Translations under genes and position numbers: made by a program
Origin: Chloroflexota bacterium
GTDB lineage: Bacteria; Chloroflexota; Anaerolineae; Anaerolineales; UBA4823
DNA length: 64,000 nucleotides
Assembly (NCBI GenBank): GCA_040752025.1
Contig: JBFMFR010000019.1
Coordinates: 1-64,000, forward strand
Direction: 5' to 3'
Shown: positions 28,821-39,218 of the stretch, in pieces
Layout: the number at the start of each line of letters is the position of its first letter
Position numbering within the stretch: the stretch's first letter is position 1
The notes under the pieces: model-generated
Database searches by the model: none
What the model was told of the DNA's origin: nothing
What the model saw: only the letters and a program-made list of their open reading frames with translations

Positions 28821-30764
28821 ATGTCCGAAAAACGAAAACCCACACTTCTCAACATAGGTCTGATCCGCGGCCTGATCGGCTTCATCATTGGCTTTTTGAT
28901 CGGTGTACTTCTTGTCACTCTGATCCGTGCCGTTTTGGGCCTTTCCGCCTGGGCATGGGATCCTGGAGCCGGGAAGTTCGGCTTCAGTGAGCCAGCCTGG
29001 GTTCTCGGCGGCATTTTCGCCTGGGCCGGCTTCATGCTGCGCGTCGGCGTAATGGATGATTGGATCGCTTGGTCGTTTGGGCGTGAGACTGCCAACCATC
29101 CCCAGGACGCTTTCGAATCCGGCCCAGCCCGTTTTCTTAGCGCCACCTATGATCACAAAGCCATTGGTGTGCAGTATGGCGCCACCTCCCTGGTTGTCTT
29201 CCTGGTCGCCGGACTGTTTGCACTGATTTTCCGCAGCGAACTCTTCGCCCCTGGCATCCAGTTCTTGCCGCTCAAAGAATTCAACACCATCATGAGCCTG
29301 CATGGCATCGTCATGATCGTCGCCATCTTGTTAGGCGTTGGCGCCATGTCGAACTACCTGGTTCCCCTGATGATCGGCGCTAACGATATGGCCTTTCCTC
29401 GCCTGAATGCCTTCGCCTTCTGGGTCAACGTGCCCGCCGCGCTGCTGCTGCTCAGCAGCCTGGTTCTGGGAGGCTTCGACACCGGTTGGACCGGCTATCC
29501 ACCCCTGAGCGCTAAAGCTCCCCTGGGGATGGATTTCTTCTTCCTGGGCGTTTATTTTGCCGGCCTATCTTCCATCCTGGGCTCCATCAACATTATCGTG
29601 ACCACCATCCGGTTGCGCGCCAAAGGCATGACTTACTTCCGTATGCCCATTTTCGTTTGGACCGCCCTGGCAACAGCCGCCATCGGTGCCACAGCAACAC
29701 AATTGATCGGCCTTTCTTTCCAGATGGTATTATTTGAGCGTCTGTTTGGCATGGGATTTTTCAACCCGCTCATCGGCGGCGATCCGATCCTGTTCCAACA
29801 CCTCTTCTGGTTCTACTCACATCCTGCCGTCTATGTCTTCGTGCTCACCGGCCTGGGCGTGATCAGCGAACTGCTGCCTGTCTTCGCCCGCAAGCCGCTC
29901 TTTGGCTACCGCTGGGTCGCCCTTTCTTCCTTCGGCATCGCCCTGGTTGGATTCCTGGTCTGGGCCCATCACATGTTCACCAGCGGCATGGCTTCCTATC
30001 TGCGTGTTCCCTTCATGTACAGCACCTTGCTGGTGGCCATCCCCACTGGGGTCAAATTCTTTAGCTGGATAGCAACCATCTGGGAGGGCAAGCTTTCATT
30101 CGAAACGCCTATGCTGTTTGTCCTGGGCGCCATCTCGATTTTTCTGTTAGGTGGGTTGAGCGGTCCCCCGAACGCCACCGTAGCCACCGACCTGCACCTG
30201 CAAGACACCTATTGGATCGTCGGGCATTTCCACGCCACCATGTTTGGCGGCTACGTCTTCCCATTCTTTGCCGCCTTGTACTACTGGTTCCCCAAGTTCA
30301 CCGGGCGTATGTACAACGAGAAACTGGGCAAACTGCATTTCTTCTTGATGCTGCCTGCCTTCTACGTGCAATCGCTGGGGCAAATGCAAATAGGTCTCCT
30401 GGGCATGCGCCGCCGCATCGGCGACTACGACCCCACTCTGGATATCCAGACCTCACACATGCTCATCACCATCGCCGGTTTCATCATCGGCATCTCGGTG
30501 CTGATCGCCATTTATAACCTGGTTTACAGCGCCTCGCGCGGGCGCGTCGCCGAGCGCAATCCCTGGCGCTCTCGCTCGCCGGAGTTTATGCTGCCTTCTC
30601 CCATCCCGGTTCACAACTACGATCAGCCCTTCGAGGTAATCGGTGAGCCCTACGATTATGGCCTGGAAGGCTCAGCCTATGTTAGCATCGATCCCGACCG
30701 CGCTCCTGCCGCCCAATCCTCGCCGGGCATCGGCCCGGCTGCCGAAACAGCCGCGGCCGATTGA
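28821..30764 (+). CDS. ctaD: Cytochrome c oxidase subunit I, with about 95-aa N-terminal two-TM extension
   Basis: Heme-copper oxidase signatures WFYSHPAVYVF, VGHFHATMFGG, HHMFTSG. The canonical start region (DHKAIGVQYG) begins about residue 100. 647 aa. Confidence 0.9.
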   Translation: MSEKRKPTLLNIGLIRGLIGFIIGFLIGVLLVTLIRAVLGLSAWAWDPGAGKFGFSEPAWVLGGIFAWAGFMLRVGVMDDWIAWSFGRETANHPQDAFESGPARFLSATYDHKAIGVQYGATSLVVFLVAGLFALIFRSELFAPGIQFLPLKEFNTIMSLHGIVMIVAILLGVGAMSNYLVPLMIGANDMAFPRLNAFAFWVNVPAALLLLSSLVLGGFDTGWTGYPPLSAKAPLGMDFFFLGVYFAGLSSILGSINIIVTTIRLRAKGMTYFRMPIFVWTALATAAIGATATQLIGLSFQMVLFERLFGMGFFNPLIGGDPILFQHLFWFYSHPAVYVFVLTGLGVISELLPVFARKPLFGYRWVALSSFGIALVGFLVWAHHMFTSGMASYLRVPFMYSTLLVAIPTGVKFFSWIATIWEGKLSFETPMLFVLGAISIFLLGGLSGPPNATVATDLHLQDTYWIVGHFHATMFGGYVFPFFAALYYWFPKFTGRMYNEKLGKLHFFLMLPAFYVQSLGQMQIGLLGMRRRIGDYDPTLDIQTSHMLITIAGFIIGISVLIAIYNLVYSASRGRVAERNPWRSRSPEFMLPSPIPVHNYDQPFEVIGEPYDYGLEGSAYVSIDPDRAPAAQSSPGIGPAAETAAAD

Positions 30765-30812
30765 ACCATCGCTCCACACAGCCTTTCTTCTATTACTTGA
30801 GGAGTAAACAAC

Positions 30813-31025
30813 ATGGATGAAGACAAAAAAAAACAGATCTACAGCAACGGCGCTGCCGTGCTTCTTATCCTGGGCGTTGCCACCGTTGGTGAGTATTTCA
30901 TCGGCTCTGTAGCTTCTATCTGGTGGGCCCCCCTGATGGGCATCGCTCTGTTCAAGGCTTACTTTATCGTCCGAGACTACATGCACCTGGCGCGCCTGTT
31001 TGCCAGTGAAGAGGAAGGACATTAA
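30813..31025 (+). CDS. Small two-TM protein, probable prokaryotic cytochrome c oxidase subunit IV
   Basis: 70 aa, position between subunits I and III, GAGGAG RBS, stop overlaps the ctaE start (TAATG). Confidence 0.45.
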   Translation: MDEDKKKQIYSNGAAVLLILGVATVGEYFIGSVASIWWAPLMGIALFKAYFIVRDYMHLARLFASEEEGH

Positions 31026-31606
31026 TGACCGCGCAATCCGTTTCACTTCCCGAATATCGCACCAAAACCGCCACCAATCGCCTCGGGTTGTGGTTGTTCA
31101 TCCTCTCCGATGCTTTTATATTCGGCGGGCTGCTGGTAGCGCGCTTCTATTTGTTAGGTACCGCAGAGCGTCCCGAGGTAAGCCAGTTCGTTGGTTTGAT
31201 TGTCACCGCCATCTTGCTGGTTAGCAGTTTCTTCATGAACCGCGCCGAAACCGCCATCACCTTTGGCGATCAAAAAGCTTTCTTGAACAATGTCCTGGTC
31301 ACCATCACCCTCGGCACGCTCTTCTTGGTTGGTGTGGTTGGCGTGGAATGGCAAATTTCTCCACATGCTCCTAACTATTCTGCCGCCTATTCACTCTTCT
31401 ACACCATGACAGGCTTCCATGCCTTTCACGTTCTTACCGGCGTGATCTTTCTGCTCATTGTGTACCGCAATGGCCGCAAAGGACTATACAATGCCGAGCG
31501 CCACTGGCCCGTTGAAGCTGCGGCGGTTTACTGGCACTTCGTTGACGTAGTCTGGGTCTTCTTCTATCCAGCCTTGTACCTGATCGGAAGAGTAGCTTTG
31601 CAGTAA
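31025..31606 (+). CDS. ctaE: Cytochrome c oxidase subunit III
   Basis: 193 aa, 5 TM segments. Heme-copper oxidase subunit III profile (LGLWLFILSDAFIFGGLL..., HAFHVLTGVIFL). Confidence 0.85.
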   Translation: MTAQSVSLPEYRTKTATNRLGLWLFILSDAFIFGGLLVARFYLLGTAERPEVSQFVGLIVTAILLVSSFFMNRAETAITFGDQKAFLNNVLVTITLGTLFLVGVVGVEWQISPHAPNYSAAYSLFYTMTGFHAFHVLTGVIFLLIVYRNGRKGLYNAERHWPVEAAAVYWHFVDVVWVFFYPALYLIGRVALQ

Positions 31607-31613
31607 ACCTGAC

Positions 31614-32213
31614 ATGAAACGTATTTTTTGGACTATTCTTGGGATGACGATTGGCCTGGGGCTCGTACTCATCGCCTGGTATGTGACACAACGGAACTAC
31701 GCCTACCAGGGCGTCGTGATCGATCCGCCAGCGCCCGCCGCCGATTTCGAACTGGCTGATCAACACGGCCAACCTTTTCACTTAAGAGGTCAGCAAGGCA
31801 AGATCGTTTTGATCTTCTTCGGTTACACCAATTGCCCGGACGTATGCCCGGTCACCCTTTCGGAATATAAGCAAATCAAGGCCCAGCTCGGCGAACAAGC
31901 CGAAAATGTGCGCTTTGTCTTCATCACTGTCGATCCCGAGCGTGACAGCCCGGAACGCCTCGCCGCCTATCTGGCTAACTTCGATTCAACCTTCATTGGC
32001 CTGTCTGGCACGCGTGCTCAACTCGAGCCAATCTGGAGAAGTTATGGCGTCTACCAGGAGAAGCGCGACGTGGGTAGTGCCTCTGGCTACCTGGTAGATC
32101 ACACCGCCATCACTTTCTTGATCGATGCGCAGAGCAACTGGCATATCAATTACCCGTTTGGCATGGAAACCGAGAAAATCGTAGCTGATCTTCAACACCT
32201 GATCAAGGAATAG
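31614..32213 (+). CDS. SCO1/SenC copper chaperone (thioredoxin fold)
   Basis: N-terminal TM. CxxxC copper-binding motif FFGYTNCPDVCP plus conserved downstream His region. Confidence 0.85.
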   Translation: MKRIFWTILGMTIGLGLVLIAWYVTQRNYAYQGVVIDPPAPAADFELADQHGQPFHLRGQQGKIVLIFFGYTNCPDVCPVTLSEYKQIKAQLGEQAENVRFVFITVDPERDSPERLAAYLANFDSTFIGLSGTRAQLEPIWRSYGVYQEKRDVGSASGYLVDHTAITFLIDAQSNWHINYPFGMETEKIVADLQHLIKE

Positions 32214-32216
32214 GAC

Positions 32217-32744
32217 ATGTCCAAACAATCCCGTTTCTATCCATACCTGCTTCGTCTTTTGTTGGTTTCAGCCATTTCTCTGGGTATTGTCATCACCTTC
32301 AACGAAATTGCCTACCTCATTCAAAAGGATGAAAATGATCGCGCTCCAAAGACCATCCAACTCACTATTCCGGCAGGAACTGCACAAAGCCTCGAATCTG
32401 GTGTGGACGTGTCAATCATTCCCCCAGAGATGGTTTTCGTCTTGGGCGATGTGTTAGAAGTCAAGAACGAAGATATCGTGACCCACCAGATTGGTCCAAT
32501 CTGGGTGCCCCCAGACGCCACAGGCAGTCTGGTGATGGGAGATGCCCAAAAATTCACCTATGCTTGCTCCTTCAAAGCCAGCAAATATTTCGATTTTGAT
32601 GTGCGCCAACCCACAACGCTTGGTACGCGCCTCACCGCCATCTCCATTACGGCGCCCACGATGGGCTCCTTGCTATTCCTATACAGTTTGCTGGTATATC
32701 CAATCAAAACCAAACAGAATACCCGGTCTCCTCAGGCTGGATAA
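32217..32744 (+). CDS. Hypothetical membrane protein embedded in the oxidase assembly cluster
   Basis: 175 aa. N-terminal signal anchor and C-terminal TM. No recognisable motif. Confidence 0.4.
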   Translation: MSKQSRFYPYLLRLLLVSAISLGIVITFNEIAYLIQKDENDRAPKTIQLTIPAGTAQSLESGVDVSIIPPEMVFVLGDVLEVKNEDIVTHQIGPIWVPPDATGSLVMGDAQKFTYACSFKASKYFDFDVRQPTTLGTRLTAISITAPTMGSLLFLYSLLVYPIKTKQNTRSPQAG

Positions 32745-32790
32745 CCCCGGTTTTCCTCCTGCCATCCCCCCATCGTTTATAATTGCCAGC

Positions 32791-33564
32791 ATGTCTATCG
32801 TCTCGCGCATGTTCAGTCGCCGTTGGTTCATCGCGACTCTGCTGGTTGCAGTTGGTGTGGCTGCGCTCACCCGCTTGGGTATCTGGCAGCTCGATCGCCT
32901 GGATCAACGCCGCGCCTTCAATGCGCGTGTCCAGGCCCAAATTGACGCCCCCTTGTTGGTCCTCACAGGCGAAGCCTTGAGCGCCGATCTTTTCGATATG
33001 GAATACCGCCAGGTGCAAGCCACCGGCGAATATGATTTTTCGAACCAGATCGCCTTACGTAACCAGTACTGGGAAAATCAATGGGGAGTACATTTGATCA
33101 CACCACTGATCATCTCAGGCAGCCAACAGGCCATCCTGGTCGACCGCGGCTGGATCCCCGCCGAGGACTTCGAGAGCGGCGATTGGTCTAAGTTCGATGA
33201 GCCGGGTCAGATTACCGTAAATGGCGTTCTCCGCCGTCCGCAAGTAAAAGCTGAACTGGGCGGGCGCAGCGACCCTACCCCCGCTCCTGGCTCGGCCCCG
33301 TTGAAAGCCTGGAACTTCGTCAATATTGAGCAAATTGCCAGGCAAATTCCTTACACTTTATTGCCTGCTTATCTCCAACAAGCCCCTGACTCAACCTGGA
33401 GCGCCATGCCCTACCGCACCCAGCCCGAACTGGAATTGACTGAAGGGCCACATCTAAGTTATGCGATGCAGTGGTTTGCCTTCGCTACCATCCTGGGGTT
33501 GGGTTATCCCTTCTTCATCCGCAGGCAGGAAAGAAAGCCCCCCACAAAGAAATCAGACTCTTGA
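32791..33564 (+). CDS. SURF1 family cytochrome oxidase assembly protein
   Basis: N-terminal TM plus GIWQLDRLDQRRAFNARV (the SURF1 GxWQLxR motif) plus C-terminal TM. 257 aa from the ATG at 32791. Confidence 0.8.
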   Translation: MSIVSRMFSRRWFIATLLVAVGVAALTRLGIWQLDRLDQRRAFNARVQAQIDAPLLVLTGEALSADLFDMEYRQVQATGEYDFSNQIALRNQYWENQWGVHLITPLIISGSQQAILVDRGWIPAEDFESGDWSKFDEPGQITVNGVLRRPQVKAELGGRSDPTPAPGSAPLKAWNFVNIEQIARQIPYTLLPAYLQQAPDSTWSAMPYRTQPELELTEGPHLSYAMQWFAFATILGLGYPFFIRRQERKPPTKKSDS

Positions 33565-33675
33565 TCATCGCGGGCTGATTTCGCAAATTTTCGCCCCAAA
33601 TTCTGTACAACCTTATAGCCAGTGGTTGTCTGGCATTACCTTTGCGCCCCATCAACCTTCAAGAAGGAGTTCCCA

Positions 33676-34205
33676 ATGAAATCTGCCCTCCGATTGGCCT
33701 TCGTCGCACTGATCCTGGCCGCGTTGGCCTGCGGCTCAGAAGAACCCGGCGCCATCCCTACACTGGCTTCCGACCCATTTCAGGAGGATAGCACAGCTTA
33801 CGGATTCTTCCCAGTGCCGCCAGAAACCAGCCTGCAAAGCGCTCTCAAGCTATACAAGGACCTTGGCCAACACGCTGATGTAATGAAGTAATCTTCGTTG
33901 TAGACCCGCTCAATGGGCTCAATCGCCGTGAGTTCATGGGCCTGCCCTCCGGCTGGGAGCCCAGCTTCGGCAATCCGCAAGTCCGCGCCGCCTTCAGCAA
34001 TTTCGCTCTACGCATCGCCCGCCAGTTCCATCCACGCTATATCGGCCTGGCTTCAGAGATCAACACCTACATCGACGCCCACCCCGAAGATTTTCAAAAC
34101 TATCTCAGCCTGTATCGTGAAGTCTACGCTCAGATTAAGGCCGAAGTACCTGATGCCCAGGTATTCGTCACCTTTCATGGGACAGCTTCCGGCTCCCATA
34201 AGTAG
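33676..34205 (+). pseudogene. Frameshifted/truncated secreted glycoside-hydrolase-like lipoprotein gene
   Basis: Frame 1 gives a lipoprotein N-terminus MKSALRLAFVALILAALACGS...LGQHADVMK-stop. A +1 frame continues ...NEVIFVVDPLNGLNRREFMGLPSGWEPSFGNPQVRAAFSNFALRIARQFHPRYIGLASEINTY...GSHK-stop, short for a GH domain. Confidence 0.35.
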
Positions 34206-34290
34206 ATTCCCAACCTCCAGGCGTTGACGCACGCCATGCTTTAGGATACACTCAAGAGGGTTTCATTCGCCTGACCGGCGAGAAAGGTGG

Positions 34291-35805
34291 TTGATCATGA
34301 AAAAGGCCGCCCTCTTGAACAAATGGCCTGTCGTCTGTTCGATCGTGCTCATTTTCCTGAGCCTGGCTTGTAGCCTGTTTTCGTCCCATCCTGCTCTGCT
34401 GCCCACTGACCTGCCATCAACGGATATCGCCCCAACCCTGGCTGCTGCATCACCGCTGCCCACATCCCCACTTGCCACCGCGCCCGCGGGGACAGACACA
34501 TCGAAACGATTGCAGCCTGCGAATTTGCAATATCTGGGAGCTTTCCGCCTGCCCTATGGCGAAGACCGCCCCTTAACCTTTGCCTACGGCGGCAATGCCA
34601 TGACATTCAACCCCCAGGGCGATCCCGGCGGAGCGGCCGATGGCTTCCCCGGCTCACTGTTCATCACCGGGCACGACCGCCTGGCCTACGGAGAATTGCC
34701 TGATGGCAGCCAGGTAGCCGAAATCGACATCCCCGCTCCGTTACCATCGAGAGACCTGCAAGCGCTCAACCAGGCTACCTTTATCCAGGGTTTCCATGAC
34801 ATAGCCCGCGGCTATTTTCAAGGGCTGGATGAGATTCCGCGCATTGGCATGCTCTACCTGGATACTCCTGCTACCGGGCCAAAGATCCATCTGGCCTGGG
34901 GACAGCACTTGCAGCCCGATCCCCCAGACGCCTCGCATGCCTGGTTCGATCCCAACCTGGCAGATCCGCACATGCAGGGCGCCTGGTATATCGACGATTT
35001 GCACCCACAGAGTGTCAATGGCTACATGTTCGAGATCCCTGCCGAATGGGCTAACGCCTACGCTCAGGGCCGGCCAATTGCCACCGGACGCTTCCGAGAC
35101 GGTGGCTGGTCAGGCATGGGCCCATCCATCGTCGCTTATCGGCCCTGGGTCGACGAACACGGCACCCCTGCCCCAGACCAGACTCACCTGGAGGCCAGTG
35201 TGCTCCTGCTCTACGAGAGTTCACTGAACACCTCGGAAATCGAGCGCAGTATGACAGGCTACCAACATCCCGATGAATGGGAGGGCGGCGCCTGGATCAC
35301 AACGCCTTCCGGCCAATCCGCCATCCTCTTCGCTGGCACCAAGAGCGTTGGCGACAAGTACTGGTATGGATTCCTGCACCCCACCGATCCGCAGCAGCCT
35401 TGCGTTGAAGTTGAAATGGTCGGCATGTTCACCTTGTGCCGTCAGGCCGATGGCTCTCCCTGCCCGCAAGCCGATTTCGCCGGCTGTAGCAACCACACCG
35501 AATACCGCGGCTGGTGGAGCACGCGCTTCCAGGCGCAGTTCATTCTATATGATCCGGACGATCTCGCCCGCGTGGCTGCCGGGCAATTACAGTCCTGGGA
35601 ACCGCAGCCCTATGCCAGCCTGAACCTGGACGAACACCTGTACCTGAATCCTGCCGGCCTGGAACCCGAGATGCTCGGCACGGGTGAGCAGCAGCGCAAC
35701 CGCATCGGCGATGTAGCCTATGACCGCCAAAATGGGTTGCTCTATGTGTTGGAATTATTCGCCGACGAAGCTCAGCCGGTAGTGCACGTCTGGCGCATCC
35801 AATAA
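34291..35805 (+). CDS. Hypothetical secreted lipoprotein (504 aa)
   Basis: Signal peptide/lipobox (LSLACS), Pro/Thr-rich linker, large uncharacterised domain with a Cys-rich C-terminal segment. Confidence 0.5.
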   Translation: MIMKKAALLNKWPVVCSIVLIFLSLACSLFSSHPALLPTDLPSTDIAPTLAAASPLPTSPLATAPAGTDTSKRLQPANLQYLGAFRLPYGEDRPLTFAYGGNAMTFNPQGDPGGAADGFPGSLFITGHDRLAYGELPDGSQVAEIDIPAPLPSRDLQALNQATFIQGFHDIARGYFQGLDEIPRIGMLYLDTPATGPKIHLAWGQHLQPDPPDASHAWFDPNLADPHMQGAWYIDDLHPQSVNGYMFEIPAEWANAYAQGRPIATGRFRDGGWSGMGPSIVAYRPWVDEHGTPAPDQTHLEASVLLLYESSLNTSEIERSMTGYQHPDEWEGGAWITTPSGQSAILFAGTKSVGDKYWYGFLHPTDPQQPCVEVEMVGMFTLCRQADGSPCPQADFAGCSNHTEYRGWWSTRFQAQFILYDPDDLARVAAGQLQSWEPQPYASLNLDEHLYLNPAGLEPEMLGTGEQQRNRIGDVAYDRQNGLLYVLELFADEAQPVVHVWRIQ

Positions 35806-35822
35806 CTGAACAAAAACCCGTT

Positions 35823-38800
35823 CTAAGACTGCCTGCCGAGCAAGCTCTCCACGACTCTTTCCAGGTCGGCCGCCGCGCCGCGCTCCAACGCCGCCTGAAA
35901 CTCAATCTCTCCCAACGCCGCGCCCACCCTATCGAGAATTTCAGCCGCCTCCGCCTCCCAATATTTTCCACGCCCCGGGTGGTTCTTAGCCAGGCCGAGG
36001 TATTCAGCGGCCCGCACAACATCGCCATTCCTGGCATAAATATCTGCGAATTGAGCCAGTGCATCCAGCGTCAACCACATCACACCAATGTCGTAAGACT
36101 CCGCCAGCGCCTGGCGCAAGTATTCTACAGCCAAATCGTCATCATTTTGCAGCACTGCGATTCTAGAGAGATTCCCGAACCAGATCGATCGGCATTCACG
36201 ATCGCCAATCTCATTGGCAATTTCCAAAGCTTCTTGATAGTACCTGCTTGCCTGCGCATAATTTTCGATTGCCAGATCGACGCCCCCCAGGTTCCCCAAG
36301 CAGTTATTGATTCCCCAACGGTCGCCGATCTGTCGATAGATCGCCAGGCTCTCTTCATAATACCCTCTGGCCGCTTCGAAATCGTCCTGATGGTAGGTCA
36401 GATTTCCCAGGTTCAGCAAGCAGGTAGCTTCTCCTGATCGGTCGCTTGCTGCTTTGAAGAGTGCCAGGGCTTCTTCCAAATATTGGCGCTCTTCGTTTGC
36501 GTCAATCTTTTCATCCGCTACACGGATCAGCGCATGGGCCACCATGACACCATCGCCACCCTGGCGGGCCATCGCCAGGGCCTGCTCGGCCAGATCATAT
36601 CCTTCCTGTGCCGCCCCCTGGATACAGGTGATCCAGGACAACGTTATCAGCGCGCTGGCCAATGTAGTCCAATCGCCAGCCTTTCGTGCCAGGTCGGCTC
36701 CCATTCGCAAGCACTCGCTTGCTTGAGCATATTGACTCAGCTTCTCGTGTGAGTCGCCCATGTGCACCAATATCTGGGCGCGCTCTGCAAGGTCTGTCTC
36801 GGGCAATAATGCCAACGCCCGGCCATACAAATCCAGGGCATCATGGAAAGCGCTAAAGCGCTGCGCCGCCCGGCCCGCCTTGCGCAGCCAGGTAACAGCC
36901 TTTGCAGGCTCTCGCGCTGCCTCGTAATGCCCGGCGATCACCTCAGCATATTCTTCCAACCTTTCCATGCAATTTACCTCTAGCCATTCGGCCACTTGCT
37001 GGTGATAGACCCTTCGCAACTTGAGCAATACCGTTTCATAAGTCACATCCCTCAGGACCGCGTGCTTGAAAAGGTATTCATTCACGCCAGCGAACACCGA
37101 ACGCCGCTCCGGGAAGATCAACTGTCTCCCCAAGAGGGATTGCAACAGCTCAACGACACCGTCTGGCTCGCCATCCAATCCACCCATCCTGTCCACCACC
37201 ACATCCCAAAAGCGCCGCCCCACTACCGCTGCCCGTTGTAAGATTTGCTTCTCCGCCTCTGGCAGGCTGTCCAGCCGCGCTTGCAGCACTCCCGTCAGAG
37301 TCGTAGGTACGCGCACGTTCTTCAACCGCTCCATTTCCACGCGCCAGGCATCACCATCCACCACGATCACGCCATCTCCCATCAACATCACAATCAGCTC
37401 TTCGATATAATATGGGTTTCCTTCCGCGCCTCTAACGATCAAATCCTGCATCTCGCCAGGCAGATCGGCCACTTTCTCCAGAATCGCCCTCACCAACGCC
37501 TGGCTGTCATTCTCCGCCAGCGGCAGTAAATCCATCCTCTGCTGCCGGTGTGACAGGCCCCATTTTGTTGCTCGTTCATAGAGCGTCGGGCGGGTAAGCC
37601 CAATCACCAACAGGCGCTCCGCTGTCTCAACCAGATCGGTAAAAAAGTTCAAGCTCAGCTCATCCGCCCAGTGCAGATCCTCCAGCAAAACCAGCAACGG
37701 GCGTTCCTTCGCCAGCGAGAGAAAGTAAGTTGTTAGGTGGATGCGCGCCTCACCTGCTAGCGAACTGCTGGCAGCCAGGTCCCGCACAGCCGCCGTTTGC
37801 TCGAAGCCCAAACCCACCAGATACCCCACCAGATGTGCCTGTCTGGGTTCGAGATATGGAGCTGTTCCCCTCTCGAATTTGACCTGCACTTCGGCAGGTC
37901 TATCGCTATCCAGGATGCTGAATCGCCGGCAAAACAAATCACGCAGCACGCCGTAGGGTGTACGCATCGTGGTAGGCAGCGCTCTGCCTCGGCAGCAATC
38001 GTGCGCTTCAGACCATCCTTCTAAACAGCCCTCGAATTCTTGCAGCAGGCGCGTCTTGCCCATCCCGGCGTCCCCTACAACAGTGATCGTTTTCGTCGCC
38101 CCGTTCTCAACCAACCCGGCGAACGCATCTTGTAGAATCGACAGTTCCATTTGCCGACCTATCAACTGCGTTCGGACGCCATGCACACCGCGGCCTTCGC
38201 GATAAAAATCGTCTCTTCGGGCGCGCAGCACTTCGTAAACCCGCACAGGTTCCGTCTTCCCCTTGACACTCAGAGGTTCTAACGCCTGCACGTCGAACAG
38301 CCCGCGTATATGCTGGTAAGTGTCTGCCGAAATCAAGACGCCTCCCACCGGGGCATTCTGCTCCAGGCGTGACGCCAGGTTGATCGCGTCTCCCATCGCT
38401 GTATATTCCACACGCAAATCCGAGCCGACCTCGCCAACCACAACCAGGCCTGTATGGATACCCACGCGCACGTTGAAGCCCTTGATGCCCCATTCTTGTT
38501 CCAGCTTGCTGGCATAAGCCTTCGATTCCTCCAAGATATCCAATGCGGCGCGCACCGCTCGTTCTGGGTCATCCTCGTGGCTGATTGGCGCGCCAAAAAA
38601 GGCCAGGATCGCATCCCCCATCAGCCGCGCCAGCGTGCCCTCATGCTGATAAATCGGTTCGATCAAGAAATCGAATGCCCCATCCATGATCTCCATGACT
38701 TCTTCTGGGTCCAATTTTTCAGCCATTGCCGTTGAGCCTTTGACATCCGAAAACAGGATCGTCACCAGCCGCCGCTCGCGCTCGACCTTGCCACGCGTAG

Positions 38801-39065
38801 CCAATAGCCGCTCGGCGAACTCCTTCGGGATCATGCGCTGTAGCCGGCGCGCCATAAGATCGCCTGGTAAATCTGGCACAGGCTCATCTGCAAGCACGCG
38901 AACCCCTGGCTCTGTCTCCACCTTGTGCCCGCATGCCTGGCAAAAACGTGCCCCGCTGGTGATCTTAGCGCCACATCGCTTGCAAATCACCGCCAGCCGC
39001 GTTCCACAATTTGCGCAGAATTGCGCCGAATCGAGATTTTCGCTTCCACATGATGGACAAAACAT
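35823..39065 (-). CDS. Class III adenylate/guanylate cyclase with N-terminal double zinc ribbon, AAA/NB-ARC-like ATPase and C-terminal TPR array
   Basis: CPSCGSEN...CANCG...CKRCG...CQACG. CYC domain LFSDVKGST...RVGIHTGLVVVGEVG...AMGDAINLASRLE. P-loop VVGDAGMGKTRLL. Multiple TPR-like repeats. Confidence 0.85.
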   Translation of the reverse strand: MFCPSCGSENLDSAQFCANCGTRLAVICKRCGAKITSGARFCQACGHKVETEPGVRVLADEPVPDLPGDLMARRLQRMIPKEFAERLLATRGKVERERRLVTILFSDVKGSTAMAEKLDPEEVMEIMDGAFDFLIEPIYQHEGTLARLMGDAILAFFGAPISHEDDPERAVRAALDILEESKAYASKLEQEWGIKGFNVRVGIHTGLVVVGEVGSDLRVEYTAMGDAINLASRLEQNAPVGGVLISADTYQHIRGLFDVQALEPLSVKGKTEPVRVYEVLRARRDDFYREGRGVHGVRTQLIGRQMELSILQDAFAGLVENGATKTITVVGDAGMGKTRLLQEFEGCLEGWSEAHDCCRGRALPTTMRTPYGVLRDLFCRRFSILDSDRPAEVQVKFERGTAPYLEPRQAHLVGYLVGLGFEQTAAVRDLAASSSLAGEARIHLTTYFLSLAKERPLLVLLEDLHWADELSLNFFTDLVETAERLLVIGLTRPTLYERATKWGLSHRQQRMDLLPLAENDSQALVRAILEKVADLPGEMQDLIVRGAEGNPYYIEELIVMLMGDGVIVVDGDAWRVEMERLKNVRVPTTLTGVLQARLDSLPEAEKQILQRAAVVGRRFWDVVVDRMGGLDGEPDGVVELLQSLLGRQLIFPERRSVFAGVNEYLFKHAVLRDVTYETVLLKLRRVYHQQVAEWLEVNCMERLEEYAEVIAGHYEAAREPAKAVTWLRKAGRAAQRFSAFHDALDLYGRALALLPETDLAERAQILVHMGDSHEKLSQYAQASECLRMGADLARKAGDWTTLASALITLSWITCIQGAAQEGYDLAEQALAMARQGGDGVMVAHALIRVADEKIDANEERQYLEEALALFKAASDRSGEATCLLNLGNLTYHQDDFEAARGYYEESLAIYRQIGDRWGINNCLGNLGGVDLAIENYAQASRYYQEALEIANEIGDRECRSIWFGNLSRIAVLQNDDDLAVEYLRQALAESYDIGVMWLTLDALAQFADIYARNGDVVRAAEYLGLAKNHPGRGKYWEAEAAEILDRVGAALGEIEFQAALERGAAADLERVVESLLGRQS

Positions 39066-39218
39066 AATCTTCTCCTGGGTTCTTATATTTTAGGGCAGGT
39101 CCGGCTCCAATGCAAGCTTTCTCATAGAAAATCGGCTTTTTTAGTTGAGAAAAGTGGGTGATGCCAGAATCACCCCATTGGGCAGACGAATTTCCTCCCC
39201 AGGAATACAAAAATGTTG

